Assembly: GCA_046538185.1 (NCBI GenBank)
Contig: JBKHJJ010000001.1
Span: 1-38,235 of the forward strand
DNA: 38,235 nt
Reading direction: 5' to 3'
Origin: Dehalococcoidia bacterium
GTDB lineage: Bacteria; Chloroflexota; Dehalococcoidia; GIF9; AB-539-J10
Each line of letters begins with the position of its first letter. The stretch's first letter is position 1. This document shows positions 15,084 through 26,222 of the stretch, in pieces. The notes beneath the pieces are model-generated. The model was given only the letters and a program-made list of their open reading frames with translations. It was not told where the DNA came from and searched no databases. A program made the position numbers and the translations under genes.

Positions 15084-16375
15084 TATTCCTCCTTTTTCGT
15101 AGCCTCGATGTTGCCGGTGGCTATCTGCAGCAATCGATCCATTGTCTTCTCAGTATATAGAGACTGTTCGATTGATTGTCTGACCTGGGGCAGCGAGAAA
15201 AACTGTGTGGCCTTCTCCTTGTCCTCAGCCCCACTGGCAATTTCGCTTACCTTATTATCTACCTCCGAGGAATTAATTTCAATCTTCTCCTCTTCAGCCA
15301 ATTTGCCCAGAACAAGGCTCTGACTAAGCCGCCTTTTTGCTATAGGACGGAGTTCTTCCCTGAGTTCTTCTTCGCTCTTGTTACTTCTTTTCAGGTAGTC
15401 GGCCAGTTCTCTGAAGCCCAGACGCCGTGCCTCATCTGTAAGCAGTCCATTGATTTCTTCCTCTTCCAGTACAGGGGGGTAATTCACTTCGCTGAGATCG
15501 ACCAGGGCTTCAAGCGCCTTCTGCCTTAACTCCAGCTCATTTCTGGCATCAGCGCTGGCCTTCAGGTCAGCGGTCACTTTCTTCTTCATCGCCGCCAGGC
15601 TCTCATATCCAGCACTCTGAGCCAACTTGTCATCGAGTCTCGGTAGCTGCTTCTCCTTGATTTCGGAGACAGTGACTTTGAAGGCGGCCTCTTTGCCCCG
15701 CATTGCTTCCATTTCATGGTCATCGGGAATGGTCAGGCTGAAAGACGTTTCCTTATTCTTCTTAACGCCCTCTAGATAAGAGGCAAATCCAGGCACCGGC
15801 GAACGTGAATCACTATCAACCTCATAAAATATGCCTTTGTGGTCTAACCAGGGTTTCCCTTCCACACCGGCTTCGATGTCCATGGTAACGATGTCATCCA
15901 ACTTGACGGGGCGGTCCACGGGTACCCATGCCCCATGCCTTTCCCGAAGTTCTTCTATGGCAGCAGCAACTTCTTCTTTGGCGATCTTGGGTACCGGACT
16001 GGGTTCCAGCTTTATGCCATGGTAATCGCCAAGCTTGACCTCAGGTTTGAGAGCGACCGTGGCTTTGAAAACGAGAGGCTCAGTCTGGACCACTTCTATT
16101 TCCGGTCTGGCTATAGGCTCCAGTTCCTGGGACTCGATCGCCTCCTTGTACAGGTCCGGTATGAGATTCTCGAATGCCTCCTCCAAGAGACTGTCCTTTC
16201 CTATATGCTGCACTAGGATCGGTCGCGGGGCTTTTCCTTTGCGGAAACCGGGTATGGATACCTTGTTAACCAGACGGTGATAAGCCTTGTCCAGTGATTT
16301 GTCCAACTCATCGGCTTCAGCTTCAATAGTAAGGACGGCCTGGCGATTTCCTGGATTCTCTGTACTTACTTTCAT
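15083..16375 (-). CDS. tig: Trigger factor
   Basis: 430 aa. The N-terminus [22 protein letters not shown] is the ribosome-binding signature. The stop overlaps the clpP ATG (TAATG). Confidence 0.95.
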   Translation of the reverse strand: MKVSTENPGNRQAVLTIEAEADELDKSLDKAYHRLVNKVSIPGFRKGKAPRPILVQHIGKDSLLEEAFENLIPDLYKEAIESQELEPIARPEIEVVQTEPLVFKATVALKPEVKLGDYHGIKLEPSPVPKIAKEEVAAAIEELRERHGAWVPVDRPVKLDDIVTMDIEAGVEGKPWLDHKGIFYEVDSDSRSPVPGFASYLEGVKKNKETSFSLTIPDDHEMEAMRGKEAAFKVTVSEIKEKQLPRLDDKLAQSAGYESLAAMKKKVTADLKASADARNELELRQKALEALVDLSEVNYPPVLEEEEINGLLTDEARRLGFRELADYLKRSNKSEEELREELRPIAKRRLSQSLVLGKLAEEEKIEINSSEVDNKVSEIASGAEDKEKATQFFSLPQVRQSIEQSLYTEKTMDRLLQIATGNIEATKKEE

Positions 16376-18210
16376 GCACTGCGCTCCTTTTCGTTCGCTC
16401 GCAGAACCTCATGCTTAAGTTTAAGGTTTAGCTCGTTAAGTTGATTATCAGTCACATAAGATGGACTATCCAGCATTACGTCGACGGCGTTCTGATTCTT
16501 GGGAAAAGCGATGACCTCTCTTATGCTCCGTTCCCCGGCAAACAACATCACCAACCGGTCCAGACCTATGGCAATACCGCCATGGGGCGGCGCGCCATAT
16601 TCCAGTGCTTCCAGCAGACCCTTAAATCGATTTTCCGTTTCCTCTTTGCTGTAACCAAGTAGGCCAAATACATTCTCCTGCAGCCGACGATTGTGGATCC
16701 TTATGCTACCGCTGCCCAGTTCGCAGCCATTGCACACTACATCATAATGCTGGCCGTAGGCCCTCGCCGGTTCCGTATCGAGAAGCGAAACATCTTCATC
16801 TCGGGGAGCAGTAAACGGATGGTGCATGGTATTCCAGTGATTTATCGTCTCGTCCCACTCCAAGAGAGGGAAATCAATTATGAAGGTGAAAGCCAATATC
16901 TTAGGGTCAGCCAGATTGAGTCGATGGGCCATCTCGCGGCGCAACTCATCGAGTGCCTTGTTTACTGCCTCCGGTTTGTCGGCCACTATGAGCAGAAGAG
17001 CAGCGGGCTTTGCCTCGAATCTACTGGCTATCTCCTCTACCTGGCGATGAGTCAAATACTTGGCAGCTGCCGACTTCACCTGGTCCGCGGTTATCTCCTG
17101 TCCCGTGAAAGCCATGGTTGTTAGCCCCTGAGCTCCATAGCTCTTTGCCAGATTAATCAGCTCATCAAGCTGATGGCGAGTATAGTGACTGCAGCCGGGG
17201 ATACATATTCCCTTTACCTTGCCACCGTTATCGAGTGCCGCCCGGAAGACCTGGAAGTCGGTGGTGGAGGCGATGTCGGATATATCCTTGATCTCCAGGC
17301 CGAACCTGATGTCTGGCTTGTCCGTCCCGTACTTCTCCAGCGCTTCTTTGTAGGAGAGATACGGAAATGGTTTCAGCAACCGCATATCGGGCTTGGTCGC
17401 CTTGACGAGTGATGCAAAAAGCTCCTCCATTAGCTGCAATATGTCCTGCATCTCGATGAAGCTCATTTCCAGGTCAAGCTGGGTAAACTCAGGCTGGCGG
17501 TCTGCTCTGAGGTCTTCGTCCCTGAAGCAACGGGCTATCTGGAAGTACTTGTCAAAGCCCGCAACCATGAGGATCTGTTTCAGCTGTTGCGGAGACTGGG
17601 GAAGGGCGTAGAATTTGCCGGGACTGACACGACTGGGCACGAGATAGTCCCGGGCTCCTTCCGGTGTGCTATTGACCAAAATAGGTGTTTCAATTTCGGC
17701 AAACCCTTTAGCGTCAAGGAAATCGCGAATGAACTTTATCACTCGATGGCGCAACAGCAGATTATCCTTTATCCTCTTCCTTCTCAGGTAAAGGTAGCGG
17801 TGTTTCAGACACAATGATTCTTCAATCTCCTCATCTTCACTTACGTAGAATGGTGGCGTTTTCGAGGTATTGAGGATGACGGCCTTTTCTACTATGACCT
17901 CGATGCCTCCGCTGGCGAGCTTCGGATTGTCCGTACCTTTGGGACGGGGCAAGACCTCTCCGGTAACCTGAACGACGTACTCGGTACGGAGCGAACCGGC
18001 CACCTGATACGCCTCTTGGGACGCCTGGGGATTGAACACCACTTGAACTATGCCTTCCTGGTCACGCAGGTCGATGAATACTTTCCCACCGTGGTCACGA
18101 CGTCGGTGCACCCAGCCAGCCAGAGTTACCTTGCGTCCGACATGCTCTTCCCGCAGCTCACCACAATTATGGGTTTTGAGCAAAGATATTCTCCCTTTCT
18201 GAATGGGCAT
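16372..18210 (-). CDS. aspS: Aspartate--tRNA ligase (bacterial type)
   Basis: 612 aa. OB-fold N-terminus (VTLAGWVHRRRDHGGKVFIDLRD) and class II motifs (FRDEDLRADRQPEFTQLD, GGIAIGLDRLVM). It overlaps the tig start by 4 nt. Confidence 0.95.
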   Translation of the reverse strand: MPIQKGRISLLKTHNCGELREEHVGRKVTLAGWVHRRRDHGGKVFIDLRDQEGIVQVVFNPQASQEAYQVAGSLRTEYVVQVTGEVLPRPKGTDNPKLASGGIEVIVEKAVILNTSKTPPFYVSEDEEIEESLCLKHRYLYLRRKRIKDNLLLRHRVIKFIRDFLDAKGFAEIETPILVNSTPEGARDYLVPSRVSPGKFYALPQSPQQLKQILMVAGFDKYFQIARCFRDEDLRADRQPEFTQLDLEMSFIEMQDILQLMEELFASLVKATKPDMRLLKPFPYLSYKEALEKYGTDKPDIRFGLEIKDISDIASTTDFQVFRAALDNGGKVKGICIPGCSHYTRHQLDELINLAKSYGAQGLTTMAFTGQEITADQVKSAAAKYLTHRQVEEIASRFEAKPAALLLIVADKPEAVNKALDELRREMAHRLNLADPKILAFTFIIDFPLLEWDETINHWNTMHHPFTAPRDEDVSLLDTEPARAYGQHYDVVCNGCELGSGSIRIHNRRLQENVFGLLGYSKEETENRFKGLLEALEYGAPPHGGIAIGLDRLVMLFAGERSIREVIAFPKNQNAVDVMLDSPSYVTDNQLNELNLKLKHEVLRANEKERSA

Positions 18211-18338
18211 TATAGCTTATGAGAGGCTTGCTTTCAATTGAGCTAAGTTGATAGTATTATCGGAGGCGCTCTAGGACCTGTGAGCTATGGAGCGATATCT
18301 GTCAAGGGCGTGTATTCTACATGGGCTAGAGGGGAATT

Positions 18339-19334
18339 GTGTTCAGGACAGAAGTAACCGAAATACTGGGCATAGAATACCCTATAACTCAAGGTGGCAT
18401 GTGGTGGGTCTCCCGCGCCGAGCTGGTTAGTTCGGTGTCAAATGCTGGTGGACTGGGTATACTGAGCGCGTTGACTTTCTCCTCCCCGGAGGGCCTTGCC
18501 GCTGAAATCAGAAAGACCAGGGATCTGACCGATAAGCCCTTTGGGGTGAATGTTACCTTAGTCCCCACTCTTCGTACCGTGGATATTGATAGCTATCTTG
18601 ATGTGATTATCGAAGAAGGCGTGAAGGTTGTGGAAACAGCGGCCAGGAACCCCGAGCCTTACATGAAGCGGCTTAAGGAGGCAGGAGTCAAGGTGATACA
18701 CAAGTGTACGGCGGTTCGCTTCGCGCGCACGGCGCAGCGAGTAGGTTGCGACATAGTTAGCATCGATGGCTTTGAATGTGCCGGCCACCCCGGTGAAGAG
18801 GATGTAACCTCGCTGATTCTCGTCCCGCTGACAGTCGATGCACTGGACATCCCGGTGATTGCCTCAGGTGGTTTTGGTGATGGCCGGGGCCTGGTGGCAG
18901 CGCTCGCGCTGGGTGCCAGCGGGATCAATATGGGCACCAGGTTTCTGGCTGCCAAAGAGTCTCCCGTGCATCACGGGGTAAAGGAATGGCTAATCAATTC
19001 ATCGGAGCGTGATACCGTGTTAGTAATGCGCTCCCTGCGCAATACGGAACGGGTGCTGAGAAATGCCGCGGCGGAGAAGGTTGCACAAATGGAGAAAGAT
19101 GGAGCTTCCCTGGAGGAATTGGCGCCATTGTTAGCCGGGCAAAAGGGTGAAGAGCTTTTGGAAAGTGGGGAGCTCGACCAGGGGCTGCTTGCCTGTGGTC
19201 AAGTTGTCGGCTTGGTGCGTGACATTCCTTCAGTAAAGGCGATAATCGATTCCATCATCTCCGAAGCTGAAGAGATTATGGAGCGCCGCCTTACCACTAA
19301 GGGGCTGTTCCAGCCGCTGCGTAAGCCGTATTGA
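18339..19334 (+). CDS. Nitronate monooxygenase / FabK-like FMN oxidoreductase (NMO family)
   Basis: ILGIEYPITQGGMWWVS...AGGLGILSA...IASGGFGDGRGLVAALALGASGINMGTRF. GTG start. Confidence 0.9.
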   Translation: MFRTEVTEILGIEYPITQGGMWWVSRAELVSSVSNAGGLGILSALTFSSPEGLAAEIRKTRDLTDKPFGVNVTLVPTLRTVDIDSYLDVIIEEGVKVVETAARNPEPYMKRLKEAGVKVIHKCTAVRFARTAQRVGCDIVSIDGFECAGHPGEEDVTSLILVPLTVDALDIPVIASGGFGDGRGLVAALALGASGINMGTRFLAAKESPVHHGVKEWLINSSERDTVLVMRSLRNTERVLRNAAAEKVAQMEKDGASLEELAPLLAGQKGEELLESGELDQGLLACGQVVGLVRDIPSVKAIIDSIISEAEEIMERRLTTKGLFQPLRKPY

Positions 19335-19596
19335 CCGGCGGCGCATAAGGTTTTGCCACGTGAGTTCACGGCTGTACCTCTCAATTTCCCCTTCATCACA
19401 GAGTCTGGCTGACTCTGGGTCAATGGGCAACCTCCCCGGAAGAAGAGAACTTCCTTCCAGCATTGCATGATGGCTCTTGAGATGAGGGGAACTCGCCCGA
19501 CAACCGTTCGGTGGTGAGAATTCGTTGACAACCGGTTCGCTCCCGGCGTTCGACTGAACTCGTCATCAGTACGTGGAAGGCGAGGTTGTCCCACTA

Positions 19597-20211
19597 TTAC
19601 CGCTTTCCGTGTTGGTCTCCTTTTGTTAACGAAGAATATATTGCCTCCACTTGCCTCTTCGTCTTTTCCAGCGAACCATCATTATCAATAACAAAATTCA
19701 CAAATCTAGTTTTTTCCTCAAGGGGAAGTTGGGATTGTATTCTGTTTCGCGCATCCTCCCGGCGCATTCCCCTTTCCTCCAATCGTCTTAACTGGGTTGG
19801 CTCACGCGCACAAACGAGGATTGTCTTGTCCACAGATACAGGGCGAGTAAGCTCAAACAGCAAAGGAATGTCCTTGATAATCAGAGCATCGGGGTCGAGA
19901 CTCTTGATGTCATTTGTAATTCTTTCGTCTTCCTTAAACACCTCGGGATGGACTATTGCATTTAGCTTTGCCACCTTTTCCTGGTCGGGAAACACTGTCT
20001 CAGCCAGCTTCTGCCGGTTGAGGGTCAGGTCTTCATTTAGGAAATCCTTTCCGAAATACTCTACTATTTCTTTCCAGGCTTTTGAGTGAGGACGGACAAC
20101 CTCTCGAGCCAGCTCATCCCAATCAATCACATAAGCCCCCAGTTCTTTGAAAAGACTGGCTACCGTGCTTTTGCCCGTGCCCACACTCCCGGTGAGACCA
20201 ATAATCACCAT
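19597..20211 (-). CDS. coaE: Dephospho-CoA kinase
   Basis: IIGLTGSVGTGKST P-loop, DWDELAREVV, IVHPEV. About 200 aa. Confidence 0.9.
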   Translation of the reverse strand: MVIIGLTGSVGTGKSTVASLFKELGAYVIDWDELAREVVRPHSKAWKEIVEYFGKDFLNEDLTLNRQKLAETVFPDQEKVAKLNAIVHPEVFKEDERITNDIKSLDPDALIIKDIPLLFELTRPVSVDKTILVCAREPTQLRRLEERGMRREDARNRIQSQLPLEEKTRFVNFVIDNDGSLEKTKRQVEAIYSSLTKGDQHGKR

Positions 20212-20236
20212 CTATTTCCTCTTTCTGCTGTTTCCC

Positions 20237-21517
20237 TCAACGGTCAGTGTTGTGGGTGGCCGCAACGTTCTTGGGGAAGGTCTCCGGCATTATGCCCACC
20301 ATTATGCATGCCAGGACCGAGCTTCCCAGGTAGAGGGAGAAAATTACATGGTATGCCATCAGGGTGCTCTCGCCGAAAAGATCAATGATGTAGCCGGTAA
20401 TTCCCTGAAAGACGGCCACACCGATGAACATTGCGGTGCTTACCGTTCCCAGTGCTGTTCCCGCTATTTCCAGGGGAAAGAACTCCTTGACACAGCCTTG
20501 ATTAATCAAAAACGTGAAACCGCAGAAGCCGAGCACGAAGTAAATCAAGGCTATTACAAACCCTCCCGGGTAGGAAGACAGCAAGAGCAGGGCCGTGAAG
20601 GCGCCCACCATTCCGATCGTGCCCAGGAACAGTACGGGGCGCCGTGCTCTGAAAACCCGCTCTGACAACAGTCCCCAGACCACACCTCCGATAATCCCAC
20701 CGATGGACAAAAACATGAGGAGGGTGCCTGCCAGTTCCCTGCTCGTGCCGAAGTTCTCCTGCAGGTAGGAAGCCCCCCATAGGCTCTGGAAGCTGAACAG
20801 TACGCCGTAGATCAGGAAGGCCCACAGGAGAAAGCGCCAGAACTTGGGGTGGTGCCAGAAGGAGTAATCAGGTGAGGCGGAGGCCTTCTTCCCTTGCTTT
20901 CCTTTGTTCCACTTTTCCTGCATGTTGCTCTCTGCCTGAATCTGAGGACTGATGGGATGGGACTTCATCAGGCGATACAGACCGATTATTAGGCCCAGCA
21001 TTATCAGGGAGGGGATAATGTAGGACATGCGCCAGCCTATTCCTTCCACCATTACTGCCATGGGTAAGGTAGCCAGGATAAGGCCCTGGCTGCCAATCGC
21101 ATTGAGGACTCCAGTCATGGTGGCAAATTCATCCGGCCTGTAGTTCATAGCCAGGTATTTCAGGGACGGGACCCATACCCCCGCTGTTCCTATCCCTATG
21201 AGTATTCGTCCCCAGCTTGCCATGTGAAGCCCGGTGGAAAGGGCGAATAAGATACATCCGGCTACTCCCAGGAGGCCGAGGTAGAAGACAGTATGCCGCA
21301 CACCGAAGCGATCCGAAAGGACTCCAATGGGAATCTGGACAATGCCGTAGGCGTAGAAGAAAGCTGAAGCCATCAAACCGAGTGAAGCAGCGGGGATGGC
21401 AAAATCGGCCATAAGGTCTTCGACTATTACTGCTGTATTGGTACGAAAGAAGAGGGCAAAAATGAAAACGAAGCAGAGAGCAAGAAAAACAAGTCCTCGG
21501 TGGGTTATCTTTGGCAC
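20237..21517 (-). CDS. MFS transporter
   Basis: 426 aa with about 12 hydrophobic helices and the loop motif GVLSDRFGVRHT. Confidence 0.9.
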   Translation of the reverse strand: MPKITHRGLVFLALCFVFIFALFFRTNTAVIVEDLMADFAIPAASLGLMASAFFYAYGIVQIPIGVLSDRFGVRHTVFYLGLLGVAGCILFALSTGLHMASWGRILIGIGTAGVWVPSLKYLAMNYRPDEFATMTGVLNAIGSQGLILATLPMAVMVEGIGWRMSYIIPSLIMLGLIIGLYRLMKSHPISPQIQAESNMQEKWNKGKQGKKASASPDYSFWHHPKFWRFLLWAFLIYGVLFSFQSLWGASYLQENFGTSRELAGTLLMFLSIGGIIGGVVWGLLSERVFRARRPVLFLGTIGMVGAFTALLLLSSYPGGFVIALIYFVLGFCGFTFLINQGCVKEFFPLEIAGTALGTVSTAMFIGVAVFQGITGYIIDLFGESTLMAYHVIFSLYLGSSVLACIMVGIMPETFPKNVAATHNTDR

Positions 21518-21636
21518 AGAAAGAGCCTCCGCTCGTAAGGCTTCCTCATTCTGGCATTATTGCGTTTCGTTTGTAAAGAATCTGAACTGTATGTCCGGTG
21601 TAAGCGAAGGCGTAGCTTCTGATGAACGCGCTGAGC

Positions 21637-22134
21637 TCATGTTTGAGTTTTCTGCTTTTGGACTAGAGCCACGGCCTGCGCAGCTATCCCTTCCTCCCTG
21701 CCGATGAAACCTAAACCGTTGCTAGTGGTGGCTTTGATAGTCACCTGTGCTATCTCCACGGCCAGAGCCTCAGCGATACGATTCCTCATCTCGGAGATGA
21801 AAGGCCAGATTTGGGGGCTTTGGGCCACTATAGTGACATCAATATTGACGACAGCGAATCCTTTTGCTTCGACCAGCATCCTGGTCTTGCCCAGCAAAAT
21901 CAGACTTGAGATATCTTGATACTCCGGTTCCTGGGGAGGAAACAATGTACCGATATCGCCCAGGTCAGCAGCGCCACACAGAGCATCTATGATGGCGTGA
22001 GTCGCCACGTCGGCATCACTCCATCCTGACAAGCCTTTGCTGTAGGGGATATCAGTGCCTGCCAGGACCAGCCTGCGGCCCGCAACTAGTGGATGGCTGT
22101 CATAGCCGGTGCCGACCCTTAATCCCTCTCGCAT
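21637..22134 (-). CDS. ispF: 2-C-methyl-D-erythritol 2,4-cyclodiphosphate synthase
   Basis: RVGTGYDSHPL...GWSDADVATHAIIDALCGAADLGDIG...ATTSNGLGFIGREEGIAA. Confidence 0.95.
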   Translation of the reverse strand: MREGLRVGTGYDSHPLVAGRRLVLAGTDIPYSKGLSGWSDADVATHAIIDALCGAADLGDIGTLFPPQEPEYQDISSLILLGKTRMLVEAKGFAVVNIDVTIVAQSPQIWPFISEMRNRIAEALAVEIAQVTIKATTSNGLGFIGREEGIAAQAVALVQKQKTQT

Positions 22135-22332
22135 TTTCCTCCCTCATTACCGTTATGCACCGAGACCTTCCTTCATACCTAGTATACACCCAAACTCTGC
22201 ACAATGGCTGCCTGCATTCCGTAATCGCCAGGCATGTAACCCCGCCGGCTCTTTGACGCTATCGTAAACGACGATTACCTTTGACGCCTGCCAGCAAAGC
22301 TGATAAGCTAGGGAGCTTGAAGGAGAGTGAAG

Positions 22333-23679
22333 ATGGCTGCTAAGGTGGACATGGACAAAGTCGTTTCTCTGTGTAAGCGGAGGGGGTTCATTTTCCCCAG
22401 CAGCGAAATATATGGCGGCCTGGCCAGTTGCTGGGATTATGGCCCTATGGGGGTGGAGCTTAAACGCAATGTCAGAGATGCATGGTGGAGGACAATAGTC
22501 CATGAGCGGGACGACGTGGTAGGCCTGGATACATCAATCATGATGCATCCAGGGGTCTGGGCAGCTAGCGGCCACATTGATAGCTTCACAGATCCACTGG
22601 TCGAGTGCAAGTCTTGTCACCTGAGGTGGCGCGCTGACCAAATAGAGAACCAGAGATGTCCCAAATGTGGCGGGGAGTTGACCGAACCCCGCATGTTCAA
22701 TTTGATGTTCAAGACGTTCATGGGTCCTGTGGAGGAAGGGGCAAGCACAATCTATCTGCGTCCCGAAACTGCCCAGGGCATCTTCGTTAATTTTGAGAAT
22801 GTAATTACGACTTCGAGGAAGAAGCTGCCTTTAGGCATCGCCCAGATAGGTAAGTCCTTCCGCAACGAAATCACCCCCGGCAATTTCATATTCAGGACCA
22901 GGGAATTTGAGCACATGGAGCTGGAGTACTTCGTCAAGCCCGGGACCGACGAGAAGTGGCTTGATTACTGGGTCAAGGAGAGGTTCGATTGGTATACCGA
23001 GCTGGGTATCAAGAAAGAAAATCTTCGTCTGCGGGAGCACGGCAAGGATGAGCTTGCCCACTACGCCAGAGCCTGTTTTGACATCGAGTATCTGTTCCCT
23101 ATGGGCTGGTCGGAGCTGGAGGGCATCGCCAACAGGGGCGATTTCGACCTTGTGCAGCATGCTAAAGCTAGCGGCAGAGAGCTCGTGTACTACGATGCTG
23201 AGGCCAGCGAAAAATATGTTCCCTATGTTATTGAGCCATCGGCCGGGGTCGACCGCTCCGTCCTGGCTTTGCTCATTGACGCCTACGATGAAGAGGAAGT
23301 GGAAGGGGAAAAGAGAACCGTCCTACACCTGCACCCCTCTCTGGCTCCGTTCAAGGTAGCTGTTTTGCCCTTGAGCAGAAATGAAAAACTAACCCCTCTC
23401 GCTAAAGAGGTCTTCAAGCAACTGTGCCCGAATTTCGTGACTGACTACGATGATTCACAAAGCATAGGGCGGAGATACAGGCGCCAGGACGAAATCGGCA
23501 CCCCGTTCTGCGTTACCGTAGATTTCGAGTCCCTTGAGGATAGGCAGGTTACCATTCGAGACAGGGACAGCCTGGCCCAAATCCGGGTGCCCGTAGCAGA
23601 ACTGAATAAGGCCCTGGAAGCCAAGCTCAAAGGCGAGACCTTCGACGCCTCGCCGCTCTGGGCCACCAGGCAGAAGTAA
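22333..23679 (+). CDS. glyQS: Glycine--tRNA ligase (dimeric class II type)
   Basis: [65 protein letters not shown] lies 7 nt upstream of ATG 22333. The track start is GTG 22327. Confidence 0.95.
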   Translation: MAAKVDMDKVVSLCKRRGFIFPSSEIYGGLASCWDYGPMGVELKRNVRDAWWRTIVHERDDVVGLDTSIMMHPGVWAASGHIDSFTDPLVECKSCHLRWRADQIENQRCPKCGGELTEPRMFNLMFKTFMGPVEEGASTIYLRPETAQGIFVNFENVITTSRKKLPLGIAQIGKSFRNEITPGNFIFRTREFEHMELEYFVKPGTDEKWLDYWVKERFDWYTELGIKKENLRLREHGKDELAHYARACFDIEYLFPMGWSELEGIANRGDFDLVQHAKASGRELVYYDAEASEKYVPYVIEPSAGVDRSVLALLIDAYDEEEVEGEKRTVLHLHPSLAPFKVAVLPLSRNEKLTPLAKEVFKQLCPNFVTDYDDSQSIGRRYRRQDEIGTPFCVTVDFESLEDRQVTIRDRDSLAQIRVPVAELNKALEAKLKGETFDASPLWATRQK

Positions 23680-23781
23680 GAATTCTGCACTTGGTGCCGC
23701 CCGACCACATCGTCCATGCAAGTGAAATGAGTGTGCAAAGTGGGTGTAGAAACAGATGCTTGGATCAGGAAGAACGACGAT

Positions 23782-24567
23782 ATGAAAATACCCATCTACC
23801 AGGTTGATGCCTTCACCTCTGAAGTCTTTTCGGGTAATCCCGCCGCTGTTTGCATACTGGACTCATGGATTGACGATAACTTGCTTCAGTCCATTGCTTC
23901 TGAGAATAACCTGTCAGAGACGGCCTTCCTCGTTCGCAATGACGGCGGCTGTGATCTCCGATGGTTCACTCCAATAACTGAAGTTGCACTCTGCGGACAC
24001 GCAACGCTGGCCAGCGCTTTTGTCCTTTTCACCTACCGGGACTGGGCGGAAGAAGAAATCCGTTTCCATACAAGGAAAAGCGGACAACTGGTCGTTGGTA
24101 AAGGCGACGGTCTGCTGAAGATGGATTTCCCATCCAGACCCGCCCGTAGCATCATATCGCCCTCCGGCCTGAAGGAGGCACTTGGTGTAACACCGATCGC
24201 AGTAATGGACTCGTCGGAGGATTTACTTGCCGTACTGGAGAGTGAGAAGGCGGTTCGGGAACTCCGGCCTGATTTTTCTGCGCTTGAGCAGATTGAGTCT
24301 CGTGGTGTCGTGGTGACTGCGAGGGGGAGTCAAAGCGATTTTGTGTCAAGGTTCTTCGCCCCCCGGGTTGGGATACCGGAGGATCCGGTGACAGGTTCTG
24401 CGCACTGTGTCTTGGTTCCATACTGGTCACGCGAACTCCACAAGAAGAATTTGCATGCATTTCAGATATCGAAGCGGGGTGGCGAGGTGTTCTGCGTTGA
24501 TGCCGGAGATCGAGTAAAGATTGCAGGCAGGGCAGTACTATACATGGAAGGCGCGATAACCATATGA
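23782..24567 (+). CDS. PhzF-family isomerase
   Basis: MKIPIYQVDAFTSEVFSGNPAAVC...SETAFL...CGHATLA...DPVTGSAHC. Start is taken at the internal ATG 23782. Confidence 0.9.
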   Translation: MKIPIYQVDAFTSEVFSGNPAAVCILDSWIDDNLLQSIASENNLSETAFLVRNDGGCDLRWFTPITEVALCGHATLASAFVLFTYRDWAEEEIRFHTRKSGQLVVGKGDGLLKMDFPSRPARSIISPSGLKEALGVTPIAVMDSSEDLLAVLESEKAVRELRPDFSALEQIESRGVVVTARGSQSDFVSRFFAPRVGIPEDPVTGSAHCVLVPYWSRELHKKNLHAFQISKRGGEVFCVDAGDRVKIAGRAVLYMEGAITI

Positions 24568-24673
24568 CGTGTCGAACAGGCACATGCGTCAGACGCGCAA
24601 GATTGTACCATTGACGCCTGACGTTATACTGAATTATCCCTCTTAATTCAACACAGTCTGAACGGGGAAATTA

Positions 24674-24701
24674 TTGACACTTCATATAGCGTCGCTATAG
24701 A
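24674..24701 (+). promoter_or_regulatory. Sigma70-type promoter candidate for the methyltransferase/ogt pair
   Basis: TTGACA (24674-24679), 16-nt spacer, TATAGA (24696-24701). Confidence 0.45.
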
Positions 24702-24753
24702 GTGGATGCCTGTAGACAAGGAATGGACTGACAGGTTTGCAGAAGGAGTAAAG

Positions 24754-25560
24754 ATGCAAGAGAAGACGACCTGGGAGCAGTTCTTTGACGCGCACGCGCC
24801 GATCTACGATGCGAACATATTCACCAAGAATACGGTCAACGAGGTAGACTTTCTGCTCGAGGAACTGGAACTCAAGGTTGGCGACTCGGTTCTGGATGTC
24901 GGGTGTGGCACGGGCCGGCATTCCATAGAACTTGCCAAACGGGGTTACTCAGTGACAGGGCTGGACTTGTCTGCGGAGATGCTGGCAGAGGCAGCGACTA
25001 AAGCCGAAGCCGAAAACGTGAAGGTAGAATGGGTCCGCTCGGATGCTACGCAGTTCGCGTTCCCTGCAAAGTTCGATGCGGCGATCTGCCTATGCGAAGG
25101 GGCCTTGGGGCTTCTAAGCCAGACTGATGACCCCATAAGCCAGCCGCTGGCCATTCTCCGCAACGTTTCCCGAAGCTTGAAGCCAGGGGCGAAGGCCGTA
25201 TTCACCGTTCTCAACGCAGCAGCCATGCTCCGCAGGTATCAAAACGGGGATGTGGCTGAGGGACGATTCGACCCGATAACCATGGTCGAATCGTCGGAGC
25301 AAGCGCCGCGAGAAGGCCTGCCTCGTATTGCCGGTCGAGAACGATCTTTTGTCCCGACGGAGTTACGTCTCCTGCTCCAGATCGCCGGCATGTCTGTCCT
25401 CAGCATATGGGGTGGGACTGCTGGGAACTGGGGAAGAAGGACACTCGACCTGGACGAGATGGAAATCATGGTCGTGGCACGCAAGACGGGCGAACCATGG
25501 ACGCAAGGCACCGCAGCGAGTCAGCACGTCGGCGACAACATTCTTCGGAGGCAAGAATAA
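24754..25560 (+). CDS. Class I SAM-dependent methyltransferase
   Basis: VLDVGCGTGRHSIELAKRGYSVTGLDLS is motif I plus the acidic loop. AAGGAG lies upstream of ATG 24754, and the track start at 24706 would sit at the predicted start site. Confidence 0.85.
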   Translation: MQEKTTWEQFFDAHAPIYDANIFTKNTVNEVDFLLEELELKVGDSVLDVGCGTGRHSIELAKRGYSVTGLDLSAEMLAEAATKAEAENVKVEWVRSDATQFAFPAKFDAAICLCEGALGLLSQTDDPISQPLAILRNVSRSLKPGAKAVFTVLNAAAMLRRYQNGDVAEGRFDPITMVESSEQAPREGLPRIAGRERSFVPTELRLLLQIAGMSVLSIWGGTAGNWGRRTLDLDEMEIMVVARKTGEPWTQGTAASQHVGDNILRRQE

Positions 25561-26132
25561 ACCTGGTCAGCATTCAGCGTCACGAGACTGAGATCGGCGA
25601 ACTGGTGCTTGGTTCTTTCGGCGGCAAGCTCTGTCTGCTCGGATTCGGAGGCAAGAAAATGAGGAGAGCAGTTGACGCCAGCATCAGGAGAGGGCTGGAT
25701 GCCGGGTTTGTCGAGCGGGATGATGAAATCCTGGAGAAAACTAGAAAACAAGTTGATGAGTATCTCACTGGAAATAGAGAAGAGTTTGATATTCCCCTGC
25801 TAATGGTCGGGACCGATTTTCAGAGAGGCGTCTGGAAGGCACTGATGAAGGTCCCCTACGGAGTCACGTCAACATATGGGCAAATAGCTCAGGACATAGG
25901 CAGTCCAAAGGCCGTCCGAGCGGTCGGCAATGCTAGCAGTGCGAATCCCATCAGTATAATCGTTCCCTGTCATCGCATCATCGGGAGTAATGGACAGCTT
26001 GTTGGATATGGGGGTGGATTGTCCGTTAAGAAACGATTGCTAAAGCTGGAGCAAAGGGATACGAGTTCATGGAGGGAAGGTGCCTGCGCACTGATGACTG
26101 AGGAAGACGCACCAGACAAGCATCTGGGCTAG
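25497..26132 (+). CDS. ogt: Methylated-DNA--protein-cysteine methyltransferase
   Basis: Active-site motif IIVPCHRIIGSNG and helix-turn-helix TYGQIAQDIGSPKAVRAVGNA. The start is uncertain. Family-like sequence begins near 25566 (SIQRHETEIGELVL), and the only upstream in-frame ATG is 25497, overlapping the previous gene by 64 nt. A non-ATG start near 25563 is possible. Confidence 0.85.
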   Translation: MDARHRSESARRRQHSSEARINLVSIQRHETEIGELVLGSFGGKLCLLGFGGKKMRRAVDASIRRGLDAGFVERDDEILEKTRKQVDEYLTGNREEFDIPLLMVGTDFQRGVWKALMKVPYGVTSTYGQIAQDIGSPKAVRAVGNASSANPISIIVPCHRIIGSNGQLVGYGGGLSVKKRLLKLEQRDTSSWREGACALMTEEDAPDKHLG

Positions 26133-26222
26133 TACATCTTGAAGGAACTGACATAACCATTCATTCCAGCGGACGGTTTTCAGTTGCTGTTGATTTCAGA
26201 TAATGATAACTCTGAGTTAACT

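Noticed and set aside
19425-19470. SRP-RNA-like CCGGAAGAAG element
   Set aside because: The flanks do not pair around a GGAA tetraloop, and the GGAAGCAGC-type symmetric-loop sequence is missing.
19525-19550. tRNA-like T-arm (CCGG TTCGCTC CCGG)
   Set aside because: The loop lacks the conserved A of TTCRANY. No acceptor, D or anticodon arms can be built from the flanking sequence.
22277-24621. Shared 10-mer TTGACGCCTG upstream of glyQS (about 22277) and of the methyltransferase gene (about 24612)
   Set aside because: It is probably just two similar -35-like hexamers with a short chance extension. No further similarity exists in the flanks, and the better promoter for the methyltransferase is at 24674-24701.
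25407-25496. Long Arg-rich N-terminal extension of ogt from the track start at 25407
   Set aside because: The extension lies wholly inside the methyltransferase gene in another frame and has non-protein-like composition. Family-like sequence begins only near 25566.
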